Positions 1 through 9,118 of a stretch of 64,000 nucleotides of DNA are shown here, piece after piece. Numbering within the stretch: position 1 is the stretch's first letter; each line of letters begins with the position of its first letter. The notes below the pieces were generated by a model that ran no database searches, was not told where the DNA came from, and was given only the letters and a program-made list of their open reading frames with translations. This DNA is from a virus: the IMG/VR virus record IMGVR_UViG_3300023084_000010, positions 25,381 through 89,380 of that record; one strand, 5' to 3'. Made by a program: the position numbers and the translations under genes.

Positions 1-1742
1 GAAAGATACATGTCAGTATCTGGATCGTAGTACGCACCTTCTTTTGGATCGTAGTAAACTACTTTACCACTTAGTGTACTAAATGGTCCTTCTAAACCTG
101 GACGTTCTTGATAACGATCTCTGTCAATTGGTGGAAGTTCTTTGTAGCCTTCGCTATATTTTTTCTTTTTATTTTTGTTATATTTTCCTTCACCGAGTGC
201 ACCTTTATTGTAACGTTGTGCAATTTGGCTTAGTGTGTCTCCACTTTTTACTGTGTACGAACCACCGTTTGGCAAAGTAATTGTGTCACCTGGATAAATT
301 TTATTTGCATCTTTAATACCACTTGCACGTGCCAAATCTTGATATGTAACTTTTGATTGTGTTGACTGTTTTTTAGCAGGCTCGTTAAATTTAAGTGCTT
401 GTTTTACTGCATTGTCAATACTTGGTTTGTCTGGGCCAGTTGTGGTTGGACGCAATTTAGGACGAGGGCTTGTTGCTCTGCTTGGTTCTTTTGTTTGTGG
501 TTGAGCTGCTGTACCTGGTGCGGTGATTTGATAATTAGAAGATTTTTTAATTACTTTGTCCGCATGTGTAGTAGCCATTGCTTGCGCTTTCGGGCCACGA
601 CTTAAAATACCAGGGCCGCCATTATACATCATAACTGCTACTCTGTCATCTTCTGCACCATATGTATTTTTCATAGCAGAATAATATCTCATAGCAACAT
701 CTGTGTTAACAAACGGATCTTCAACATCAGCTAAACTAAAGTTTGTACCGTAAATTCTGTTAACGTCATCGATTGCAGGTTGACGAAGTTGGAAAATACC
801 AATAGCACTACCACCGTCTCCACGTGCAGAATTATCAAATCCACTTTCTTGATCTGCCATACCCATAGCAATATGATACGGAACATTGTATTTTTCTGCT
901 GTGGTACGAATCATTTCAGCTGTTGCATCACCTACTTTTTCGCTCACTGGACGTAACTTAGGGCGTGGACTTGTTGATCTGTCTGATCCAGGACGTAACT
1001 TAGGACGTGGGCTTGTACTTCTAGGATCTGTTAATCCTTTGTTTTGAGGATGTGATGGTTGATCCATGTGTCCTGCATTTGGATTAAAATAATCATGGTC
1101 TGTATCAAATCCACGTGTACTTCCTGTCATCTGACCATTTGGTGCACGTTCACGACGACCGATATTATCGTTAGGTCCTTCTTTCATTACAGTTGTAATC
1201 ATTTGTGTTGTATCAACTGTAGGTCCTTCAAAAATAGTAAGCATACGTACACGGTCTTCGTCTTTTGTAGTAAGATTCGGATACGCTTCCATTACACGTT
1301 CCCATGAAAGAGATGCAGTATCTTTTAGTTCTGATTCTGTTAGTGCACGTTCATTATAGTATTTTTTACTTTGTGCTTGTGCAGCACTTTCACCGATAAA
1401 ACCTACATGCTTTAATAGTTTATTAGATAGTTTTTGTTCGTTAACTTTTTTGTATTCATCTAGTGCAATTTTATATTCTACTACTACACGTTTATATTCT
1501 TGTTTCATCGAAGCACGTTCTTCTTTAAGCATATTGTCTTTGTGTAATGACAAGTATTTTTTAATGCTTTCTTGGAAATATTTTTTAGTTGTGTCCCAAC
1601 TGATAACTCCATGTGCATAACATTCAAATACACTATACATATTTGCCTGAACTTTATCAAACTCTCTACCTGTGACTGCAAATTTGTTTCTTGATTCTTT
1701 TGCAATGTCTAGTATGTTTTTTGCTGCTTTAATAGGTTTCAT
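1..1742 (-). CDS. Multi-domain virion/internal protein with SLT-type lytic transglycosylase and circularly permuted LysM; 3' end lies outside the window (>=580 aa)
   Basis: Not in the ORF track. Manual translation from ATG 1742 is open to base 1. SLT motifs MADQESGFDNSARGDGGSAIGIFQL and MYNGGPG (about 600-900); LysM halves YQDLARASGIKDANKIYPGDTITLP and YTVKSGDTLSQIAQRY (about 210-350); three SPRPKLRP motifs. Confidence 0.85.
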   Translation of the reverse strand, partial: MKPIKAAKNILDIAKESRNKFAVTGREFDKVQANMYSVFECYAHGVISWDTTKKYFQESIKKYLSLHKDNMLKEERASMKQEYKRVVVEYKIALDEYKKVNEQKLSNKLLKHVGFIGESAAQAQSKKYYNERALTESELKDTASLSWERVMEAYPNLTTKDEDRVRMLTIFEGPTVDTTQMITTVMKEGPNDNIGRRERAPNGQMTGSTRGFDTDHDYFNPNAGHMDQPSHPQNKGLTDPRSTSPRPKLRPGSDRSTSPRPKLRPVSEKVGDATAEMIRTTAEKYNVPYHIAMGMADQESGFDNSARGDGGSAIGIFQLRQPAIDDVNRIYGTNFSLADVEDPFVNTDVAMRYYSAMKNTYGAEDDRVAVMMYNGGPGILSRGPKAQAMATTHADKVIKKSSNYQITAPGTAAQPQTKEPSRATSPRPKLRPTTTGPDKPSIDNAVKQALKFNEPAKKQSTQSKVTYQDLARASGIKDANKIYPGDTITLPNGGSYTVKSGDTLSQIAQRYNKGALGEGKYNKNKKKKYSEGYKELPPIDRDRYQERPGLEGPFSTLSGKVVYYDPKEGAYYDPDTDMYL

Positions 1743-1756
1743 TTTGTTTTCCAATA

Positions 1757-3277
1757 TTATCTATCTAATTTTAATGGGCTTGTTAATTTTATAGGTGAAA
1801 ATTTCATTGCAGTTGCGTCTACCGGTCCGATACCAGGTAAACCAAATCCTGGTAATCCGAATCTACGTCTTGTTCTTTTTTTACCATTGCCTTTACCGCC
1901 TTTAGGTTTTAATCTAGGTTGTGGCAGTGGCCTTGGGCCTGGAACAGGAACAATCTCCGGTGCCTTTATAGTTTTAGGAGTAGTTTTAGGCTTACTTGGT
2001 GTAGTATCTGGCGTTGGCTTAGTATCGGGTTTTGGCTCAGCTGGCTTATCGGATGGCTTAGTATCCGGTCTACTATCGGGTTTTGGCTTAGTATCTGGCC
2101 TACTATCGGGTTTTGGCTCAGCTGGTTTAGCTGGCGGTTTAGTATCTGGTTTTGGTGTAGGCGTTGGCCTATCAGCTGGCTTAGTATCTGGCTTTGGCTT
2201 AGTATCGGGTTTTGGCTCAGCTGGCTTATCGGATGGCTTAGTATCCGGTCTACTATCGGGTTTTGGCCTGGTATCTGGTTTAGAATCTGGCTTCGGTTGT
2301 GCCGGTTTAACTGGCGGTTTAGTATCTGGTTTTGGTGTAGGCGTTGGCCTATCAGCTGGCTTAGTATCTGGCTTTGGCTTAGTATCTGGCTTTGGCTTAG
2401 TTGGTTTTTTTGGTTGACCGGGAACAGGTTTTGTGTCTGGACGGGTACGTGGCTTACTACCCGGCTTATCAGATGGCTTTGGCTCAGCTGGTTTAGCTGG
2501 CGGTTTAGTATCTGGTTTTGGTGTAGGTGTTGGCCTATCAGCTGGCTTAGTATCTGGCTTTGGCGTTGTTTCTGGCTCCGGCACTACACGAATAGGAGGC
2601 CCTGGTTTGTTTGCGGGCTTCGGATCTGTTTTAGGTGTAGTACGATCTGGAGCGGGATCACTAGTTGCTGGTTCTCCCAACTCTGGTGCAGGAAGACTTG
2701 CTGCAGCTTTTGTTAACGCATCTTTTGCAGCTACATATCTAGGATGAGTACGTGGGTCGCCACTTGCTATGTCATCTGCTGACATAGCATTTGCTTCTGC
2801 ATCTATTAAGTCAACGAAAGCCTGAGGATCATTGGTCGAAAGATGATCTAAAAACTTTTCTGCTTCGTTCCAAGCTGCCGACTGATCATCTGATATAGTG
2901 CCATCGGCTGCAGTAGATGGAGTTAGTGCAAATCCTATAGCACCGAATAATCTTCCCAATACACCTTTTGCTAAAGATCCTGCTTTTGATCCCGTAGATT
3001 TCGGAATACTGGGAATATTGCCCGCTTTAAAATTATTGTTTGCTGCTTGTAATGCTTTTGGATTATCTAATAAGTAATTTGTTATTGCATTTTTAAATTG
3101 TGGTGTTTTAAACTGCGGATTTAAATTCACAATATTATTTACAGTTCTCGCTGCTTGACTTGGACTTACTTTGTATTGATTCTGAAATTGAACCGGATCA
3201 AGTCCTCTTAAATTAAACGCAGGCACTGCTTCGTCTAATGATTCTTTGTTGCCTTCAGTGAACTCTGTAAATTTCAT
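1757..3277 (-). CDS. Pro/Lys-rich repetitive protein, probable capsid-internal protein
   Basis: Start re-assigned to MKFTEFTE (ATG 3277, 1 nt after the upstream stop); long PKPDTKP/PAEPKP repeat tract. Confidence 0.75.
   Translation of the reverse strand: MKFTEFTEGNKESLDEAVPAFNLRGLDPVQFQNQYKVSPSQAARTVNNIVNLNPQFKTPQFKNAITNYLLDNPKALQAANNNFKAGNIPSIPKSTGSKAGSLAKGVLGRLFGAIGFALTPSTAADGTISDDQSAAWNEAEKFLDHLSTNDPQAFVDLIDAEANAMSADDIASGDPRTHPRYVAAKDALTKAAASLPAPELGEPATSDPAPDRTTPKTDPKPANKPGPPIRVVPEPETTPKPDTKPADRPTPTPKPDTKPPAKPAEPKPSDKPGSKPRTRPDTKPVPGQPKKPTKPKPDTKPKPDTKPADRPTPTPKPDTKPPVKPAQPKPDSKPDTRPKPDSRPDTKPSDKPAEPKPDTKPKPDTKPADRPTPTPKPDTKPPAKPAEPKPDSRPDTKPKPDSRPDTKPSDKPAEPKPDTKPTPDTTPSKPKTTPKTIKAPEIVPVPGPRPLPQPRLKPKGGKGNGKKRTRRRFGLPGFGLPGIGPVDATAMKFSPIKLTSPLKLDR
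2015..2565. repeat. About 3 copies of a 180-186 bp coding tandem repeat built from short PKPDTK-type subunits
   Basis: Lines starting 2041/2221 and 2161/2341 are nearly identical (180-bp period); a third copy is offset by about 186 bp near 2521. Confidence 0.85.
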
Positions 3278-3278
3278 A

Positions 3279-3725
3279 TTAGATTTCCTCGATAGGAAGG
3301 TCATCTACTATTTCTGGTTGACCTTCTGTAGCTTCTATATATTCCATATAGTGCTTTACAGTAGCAATGTAATCTGCTGCTTTAGTGATTTTACTTTGCA
3401 CCCAAGGTTCTAAATTTTCGTTGTCTTGAATCATGCCATGCAATTGAATAGCATACTTTGAAAGTTTATATAGTTCACTTTTTGCCATCCATCCATCATC
3501 GTCGGTGTCATCTAATACACCTTCCATAATTTCGCTCATGTAAACTGTAGGCTCTGTGCCTTCTTTTAATTCTGTACTGTGTCTTTTCATCCACGCACGT
3601 GCAACATCGATGTCTTCGAACACTTTGCGTTCTACTCCGTTAACATCTAGTACTTTATATTCGCTGCCTTCTTTCACAAGTTGTGGTTTGGCAGCTGGGT
3701 TTGATTGTAATTTTTCTAATCTCAT
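3279..3725 (-). CDS. Probable internal head protein
   Basis: Start re-assigned to MRLEKLQ (ATG 3725, GGAG RBS, TAAATA at 3764-3769); C-terminal helical module MAKSELYKL...LEPWVQSKITKAADYI. Confidence 0.7.
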   Translation of the reverse strand: MRLEKLQSNPAAKPQLVKEGSEYKVLDVNGVERKVFEDIDVARAWMKRHSTELKEGTEPTVYMSEIMEGVLDDTDDDGWMAKSELYKLSKYAIQLHGMIQDNENLEPWVQSKITKAADYIATVKHYMEYIEATEGQPEIVDDLPIEEI

Positions 3726-3781
3726 TGAGACGCTCCAAGTATCATGATAAGTAATTATACACTTATTTATCAGAGTACAGC

Positions 3782-4843
3782 ATGAAGATAGCAATTTTCC
3801 TTACCGGTCTAATAATAGACAAAACTCCAACATTAGAATATATTAAACACATGTTTGATGATTTTGCAAGAAGAAATAGCTTGCAAATTGATTATTATTG
3901 TCACTTTTGGGATAGTACAGGTTTATATCCTTATGATATAGATTATCAAATTACAAAGATAACTGTACCTTGGGAAAATCGTGGCAGTGTAGATCGTGCA
4001 ATTAATACTTTTAAACCAAGAGAATACAAAGTAAGTAAATTTTCAGATATACATGATCATTTTTTAATTTATTACAAAAACAAATTTAAAGACAATGAAT
4101 GGGTACAAGACACAATTTCAATGATCGAAGATCAGCAATTTAACAAAAACTTACATCCAAACTTTTTTATAGACAACTTTAAAAATCCACATCATGTATT
4201 TGATAAATGGTGGCACTATCATGTATTTTACTGCAGATATGTTCATGTTGTTTCACAAGCATTTAGTGCTTCGCAATCTAAAAATCTTATTAAGAATTCA
4301 AACGAAGAATATGCGGCTGTTATTAAATGGAGATACGATGTACTAGCTGATTTAATTTCTAATAATGACAAAATGATAGATGCAATTAAACATTGCTCAG
4401 ATGATTCTGTTTTTTATACAGAATTAGCATGGGAAGGAAACGAATGGAAAGAAGACTTACCATATGATATTAACAGTGCGCCTGTGAACAAAACTATAAG
4501 TTTACACGACGGTTGGTGGATGACTAGTAATTCTGTTAATAATACATTAGCAGAAACCTTACTAACTAAATATTCCGAAGTCGATGACGGTCAACACATT
4601 AGATTTTATAAGTCGATTAAGTCCGACGAGTATCAGATTAAATTAACTAATAGAATACAACATAATATTATACGCTTTCCCGAATCAATACCAAAAGATT
4701 ACAACTCAAAACCTTGGGAGTATTTTCATACATTGTATCAGAAAAACTTTAACACAAAAAAACAAAGCGATTTCAGAGGTCCTATAGATCACTGCGATGA
4801 AAGAGCAAAATACTATACTATCAAATATTTTAATTTTTATTAG
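3782..4843 (+). CDS. Putative glycosyltransferase-like/sugar-modifying protein
   Basis: 353 aa; N-terminal MKIAIFLTG, YCHFWD and VIKWRYD motifs parallel those of the convergent neighbour. Confidence 0.5.
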   Translation: MKIAIFLTGLIIDKTPTLEYIKHMFDDFARRNSLQIDYYCHFWDSTGLYPYDIDYQITKITVPWENRGSVDRAINTFKPREYKVSKFSDIHDHFLIYYKNKFKDNEWVQDTISMIEDQQFNKNLHPNFFIDNFKNPHHVFDKWWHYHVFYCRYVHVVSQAFSASQSKNLIKNSNEEYAAVIKWRYDVLADLISNNDKMIDAIKHCSDDSVFYTELAWEGNEWKEDLPYDINSAPVNKTISLHDGWWMTSNSVNNTLAETLLTKYSEVDDGQHIRFYKSIKSDEYQIKLTNRIQHNIIRFPESIPKDYNSKPWEYFHTLYQKNFNTKKQSDFRGPIDHCDERAKYYTIKYFNFY

Positions 4844-5712
4844 GCTTTGTCAGGATTCTCAAATTGATATTGATTAAACTGTTGCTCGATATATTGGAAA
4901 TTTAGTTGATGTAATTCTTCATCATACCGTATTAGTTTACAATCAAATGGCATCGGCCACACTACGCTAAAACTTAACATATTTGTCTTAGAGTACATTG
5001 CTAACTTATTCCATATCCAATGCGGCGGCTCTGGAAAATCACTTACTTGTAGTTCATACCATAATTGTTTGTGTTCGGTTGCTAATTTTAAACAATGATC
5101 TTCGATATTATTATTAAATTTGTACCAGACATCTGGTTTGCTTATGAATGCAAAATCTGCAAATAACGGAATACCACTGTCTATATAGAGCCAAGGCGAA
5201 AACATTTTATCATTGAATATTGGATTTCGATATATGTTTTCAAATGCTTCTGTCCAGTACTTTACATCCATATCTTTAAAAGCAACGTCACTGCGAGTCC
5301 GTATTACAATGTCATAATCAGATAGTGTTCCTAACATTTTAGTTATTTTGCCACTACAAATATACTGTCCCCAGAAGTTTTTAGCATAGTTGCTGATATA
5401 TTGTTTTTCTACACCGAATAAATGTGCATGTTTGAATTTATCTGATACAAAGGACCAATCTAAATGTTGATTTATATTTTGTACACTATCTATAAATTTA
5501 TCTATTACATTGTCATAATTTTGTATATGATACCGTATAGGTGCATATGTATTTTCTATTCTACTACGCAAATCAGGATCACCGTCGTCCCAAAAATATC
5601 CGTAGTAATCTACGTCAATTCCACAACCGTCGGGAAAAACTCGATTTTTAAACCACCAGGCACCCTGCTCAAGATGTCTTGGCTGCCCGGTTACTAATAC
5701 TGCTATTCTCAT
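4840..5712 (-). CDS. Putative glycosyltransferase-like/sugar-modifying protein
   Basis: 290 aa; MRIAVLVTGQPR, YGYFWD and YDIVIRTRSD motifs typical of phage/giant-virus GT-like proteins. Confidence 0.55.
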   Translation of the reverse strand: MRIAVLVTGQPRHLEQGAWWFKNRVFPDGCGIDVDYYGYFWDDGDPDLRSRIENTYAPIRYHIQNYDNVIDKFIDSVQNINQHLDWSFVSDKFKHAHLFGVEKQYISNYAKNFWGQYICSGKITKMLGTLSDYDIVIRTRSDVAFKDMDVKYWTEAFENIYRNPIFNDKMFSPWLYIDSGIPLFADFAFISKPDVWYKFNNNIEDHCLKLATEHKQLWYELQVSDFPEPPHWIWNKLAMYSKTNMLSFSVVWPMPFDCKLIRYDEELHQLNFQYIEQQFNQYQFENPDKA

Positions 5713-5721
5713 ATAAAACTC

Positions 5722-6360
5722 TTAGTTTAGCGGAAGTTCTGGGTTAGATGTTCTGAAGTCTTTTTTACGCATAACTGTTTTAGCAATCAAATCTAGTTCT
5801 TGCTTGTTGCTATCCCAGTCTAATGCAAACGGTACGTTTACATCACTACGCATGTCTTTAATAACTGCTTCAGCGTCTGGACCCATTTGTGCAATTCGCT
5901 TACCATACTTATTATAAGCATCTTTAAACAAAATTGCAAGCTCTTTTAGTGTAATTGGCTGTTTATTTCTTCTATCATTTACACGATCCAAAAAGTGCTT
6001 TGTAAATTCTACATCAATTCCAACTGCAGCAAATAGTCTATCCAAATGTTTTTCTAATGTATCTAACATCGGCTGTGTAATCTCTGTTGGATAACCTTCG
6101 CTTTCAGCCATGTACTTGTCACGATACATCTGTTCAATTTCTCTGTGATCAAAACCGCCAAACGTTCTACCAATGTCAAATGCATAACTGCTGATACTGC
6201 GTCGATTACCTTTACTCATTACAAGACGGTGCATTGCTGCTAACATAGCTTCAATGAACGCTTCTTTTTGTCGTCGTTTTATTTCTGCTTGTACTTCATC
6301 TTTGCTCATCGCTTCCTCCATATTAGGGAAGTCGATGTTTAAAAGTTCTGATAATTTCAT
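5722..6360 (-). CDS. Probable internal head protein, two modules; C-terminal module possibly RelE/ParE-like
   Basis: MKLSELL N-terminus; C-terminal VEFTKHFLDRVNDRRN...LIAKTVMRKKDF. Confidence 0.6.
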   Translation of the reverse strand: MKLSELLNIDFPNMEEAMSKDEVQAEIKRRQKEAFIEAMLAAMHRLVMSKGNRRSISSYAFDIGRTFGGFDHREIEQMYRDKYMAESEGYPTEITQPMLDTLEKHLDRLFAAVGIDVEFTKHFLDRVNDRRNKQPITLKELAILFKDAYNKYGKRIAQMGPDAEAVIKDMRSDVNVPFALDWDSNKQELDLIAKTVMRKKDFRTSNPELPLN

Positions 6361-6575
6361 CTTAAATCATCCCTGTACTCTTTCACGTAGTAATTCATTG
6401 GTTCGGTGTTTACTATTTCGAAGGTCTCGCCGTCGATATTCACGCCTGCCAACTTTTTTGGTTTTTTGCTTGTGAATTTTACTACGTGTATTCTGCGCTC
6501 AATACCACGGTGGTTTACCTCAAGTATATACTGAGGAAACATATTACGCCACCATCTTTTGAGCAACTTCTTCAT
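6357..6575 (-). CDS. Hypothetical protein
   Basis: 72 aa ORF, co-oriented; its stop overlaps the next start (ATGA). Confidence 0.6.
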   Translation of the reverse strand: MKKLLKRWWRNMFPQYILEVNHRGIERRIHVVKFTSKKPKKLAGVNIDGETFEIVNTEPMNYYVKEYRDDLR

Positions 6576-6588
6576 TTCTTTTTATTCC

Positions 6589-6882
6589 TTACTGCGAATT
6601 TAATTCTAGTTCGTATCTTACTGCTTCTAACTCGTCTATATAAGTTTGTAATTCTTGTTGACTTGCGTTTTTAGCCATAGCATCAAAGTCACCATCATAC
6701 TTGTCCATTGCTGCATCAAATGTTGGAGCATGAGTATAAAGATATTCTAATGCACTGTCACCTATGGTGCCAACATAATCATACACTTTGTTGTATGCTG
6801 TTTGCAAATCTTTTACACCCAAGCCTTCGTTTAAATTTAGTCCTGCTAGTTGTACAATTCTATCTAAGTCTGACATTTTCAT
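6589..6882 (-). CDS. Probable internal head protein with RxxxLAGL motif
   Basis: MKMSDLDRIVQLAGLNLNE N-terminus; ATGA coupling to the upstream gene. Confidence 0.65.
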   Translation of the reverse strand: MKMSDLDRIVQLAGLNLNEGLGVKDLQTAYNKVYDYVGTIGDSALEYLYTHAPTFDAAMDKYDGDFDAMAKNASQQELQTYIDELEAVRYELELNSQ

Positions 6883-7604
6883 TTCTTTTTGCCTGCTTTC
6901 ATATTAGCACACCAGTGATACATTTTTTGTTTTTCACCGCTGCTATTTTTTGCTTTACGTCTTAGTTCAGTAACGCTACCGTCACAACTAGCACCTGCTG
7001 CTTTTACACGCCCAGGTCTACTTTTGCCTTTTACTTTACCATCAGCAAAGTTTTCTCCCATTACACGTTGTTTAAGAGATTGCCACCAACTTTGATTTTG
7101 TTGATTTGTTTTTGTCTGTTGTTTAGGTTGTTTGTTTTGTCCACCCCAGTTAATTTTATGTGCTAGGCTACCTGGTTCATTTTCGTTAAATGCTGTATCA
7201 GCATGTTTCTTAGCACTAGCACCATCTGGGTGTTTTGGATTAATACCAACAACTTCACCGTTTATTAGTTCGCTTATATTACTTGCTTTGCCAATTTTGT
7301 CAAGCAATTGATGCAGTGGATCTTCAGGATCATAGTTACCACTTTCGTATCCACTTTTACCTCTTACTTCAGTGCGTTTACCTGTTTCACTATCTGTAAT
7401 ATGTAGTACATACATATCATCATCACGTTCTAATTGTAGTTTATAACCTTCTAGTACTACTTCGGAACTTTCTTTAAGATATGGCAAACTAAACCACAGT
7501 TTAAACCATTCTTGTGTGCCAGGCTTAACTTTATTCTTACGCTCGATGTCGTGAATACGTTTAGCAGTATGGCTCATGTTCTCTGTGATTTCATTCAACT
7601 TCAT
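6879..7604 (-). CDS. Probable internal head polyprotein
   Basis: MKLNEITE N-terminus; distinct modules start after VVLE and VMGE; basic Cys-containing C-terminal module NFADGK...HWCANMKAGKKK. Confidence 0.65.
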   Translation of the reverse strand: MKLNEITENMSHTAKRIHDIERKNKVKPGTQEWFKLWFSLPYLKESSEVVLEGYKLQLERDDDMYVLHITDSETGKRTEVRGKSGYESGNYDPEDPLHQLLDKIGKASNISELINGEVVGINPKHPDGASAKKHADTAFNENEPGSLAHKINWGGQNKQPKQQTKTNQQNQSWWQSLKQRVMGENFADGKVKGKSRPGRVKAAGASCDGSVTELRRKAKNSSGEKQKMYHWCANMKAGKKK

Positions 7605-8812
7605 TTTACTAACCCTAAGTTAAATGCTTGGTTAGGTGTTGCACCTGGTACACCAAGAGGTTTTGGTTTACCATCGCCGCCAAAAAACTTTTTAGCCTGA
7701 CGTTCTGTTTCGCCTGGTTTAACATCTACTGTAGTGTTAACACCTGGAACAATTTTACCATCTTCTTTTATTGCTATTCTTTGATTCTTAACATCATCAA
7801 ACATTTTGTTAAATTTATTTAATGTTTTATCTAGACTTGCATTTACTTTTTTCTTTTTGTTATCAGTGTTAGATACCGGTACATTGTTAGTATTTGGTGT
7901 GACTACCTTAGGTGATGATGTTTTTTGATTTGGTTCCATTTTGTTCCATGGCTTAGATGTATCCCAATCTTTATTCGGAATCATTTCGGTAGGAACTTCA
8001 AAATCAAAAATACCAGGATCATAATATGGATTTGGTTGAGGATCACTGATACTGTTAGATCCAGGTTCTCTTACAGTGTAATCTGGTAAGTCATGTCCTA
8101 TTGACGGAAATACTCTTGCTCGTTCAGCAGGATCAAGTGTTCTGCGTAATTCTCCGTAATCACGTGCACCTATTTCGCCAGATATTCTTCTGTAATCATC
8201 GTAATCTCCTCCTGTCATATCCAAGTTTCCACCGCTGCCCCAGCCTTCCTCGTCTTGTATAAGATGTTGAATTTCGTGTATAATTGTGTTGAGAATTTCA
8301 TCGTCGGAGTTAAGGTCGCCCCAAGGATTGAGTGTACCGATACCAATTTGACCACCTCCGGCCCAACCTTGTTCTTCTGGATTACTAGAATTATCAAAAA
8401 ATTCTATTTCTACATTTTTTAAAAATGGATATGACTTGAATATTTCGTCGTGGTTAAGAAATTTATTTAATTTTATTGGATTCATTGGCCTTTGATTTGA
8501 TATAGTTGCGTTATGATCCGACACTTCTTGACGCCAACGTCCTTCTAAACCTCTAACAGTGCCTGTTGCAGCCCATATTTCTTCCGGAGAATATCCTTGT
8601 GACTCCATTCGTTCCGCTTTACGAGCACGATCCGGATCCCACAATTTAGCCTGTTGTCCTATCATTGTTGTCTTGGTAGGTTTGATGTTTTTATCTGCTG
8701 TAGTAGCCGGTTGTCTAACAACTGGTGTGTTGTTAATTTCAGGATTAAGTTTTCCTAAGCCAACTGATGCTCTAGAACCCGGACCTTCGGATATAAATTC
8801 ATTTAGTTTCAT
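7601..8812 (-). CDS. Zincin metallopeptidase (LPD23/MPTase-like) with capsid-targeting-like N-terminus
   Basis: MKLNEFISE; TGTVRGLEGRWRQEVSD; HEIQH (HExxH) followed by QDEEGWGSGGN and downstream GEIGAR. Confidence 0.7.
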   Translation of the reverse strand: MKLNEFISEGPGSRASVGLGKLNPEINNTPVVRQPATTADKNIKPTKTTMIGQQAKLWDPDRARKAERMESQGYSPEEIWAATGTVRGLEGRWRQEVSDHNATISNQRPMNPIKLNKFLNHDEIFKSYPFLKNVEIEFFDNSSNPEEQGWAGGGQIGIGTLNPWGDLNSDDEILNTIIHEIQHLIQDEEGWGSGGNLDMTGGDYDDYRRISGEIGARDYGELRRTLDPAERARVFPSIGHDLPDYTVREPGSNSISDPQPNPYYDPGIFDFEVPTEMIPNKDWDTSKPWNKMEPNQKTSSPKVVTPNTNNVPVSNTDNKKKKVNASLDKTLNKFNKMFDDVKNQRIAIKEDGKIVPGVNTTVDVKPGETERQAKKFFGGDGKPKPLGVPGATPNQAFNLGLVK

Positions 8813-9117
8813 GATACTAACGCCGTTAATAATTGTAATATCTCTATTGGATATATTGTTTGTCTATCGCTTGAAAGAGATTGAATTCCTCTGCGCATTT
8901 TGTCAGCAGATTCTGGTGAAATATTTCCAGTACTTTCGAATCTATCAATTATAATGTTTATTCTAGAAATATCAATTGGAAGTTCTTGCTGTACTGCTTC
9001 GTTCTTTTTACGACCGTCACAATGAGCACGTTGAGAGAATCCTTTTGGATTATTACAATCAATTGAACGCTTGTACTTTGCGCTCCACTTCTCTCCTAGT
9101 ATCTCATTAGTTTTCAT
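8809..9117 (-). CDS. Probable internal head protein
   Basis: Start re-assigned to MKTNEILGE (ATG 9117, 1 nt after the upstream stop); basic module KWSAKYKRSIDCNNPKGFSQRAHC. Confidence 0.65.
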   Translation of the reverse strand: MKTNEILGEKWSAKYKRSIDCNNPKGFSQRAHCDGRKKNEAVQQELPIDISRINIIIDRFESTGNISPESADKMRRGIQSLSSDRQTIYPIEILQLLTALVS

Positions 9118-9118
9118 A

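Noticed and set aside
83-1705. Short ORFs 83..280, 399..605, 1059..1307 (+) and 1505..1705 (-)
   Set aside because: All lie within the longer minus-strand SLT/LysM frame, which has recognisable domains
1887-2747. Plus-strand Gly/Leu- and Trp-rich ORFs (1887..2417, 1919..2716, 2433..2747)
   Set aside because: Antisense shadows of the Pro/Lys coding repeat; no RBS or promoter, and low-complexity mirror composition
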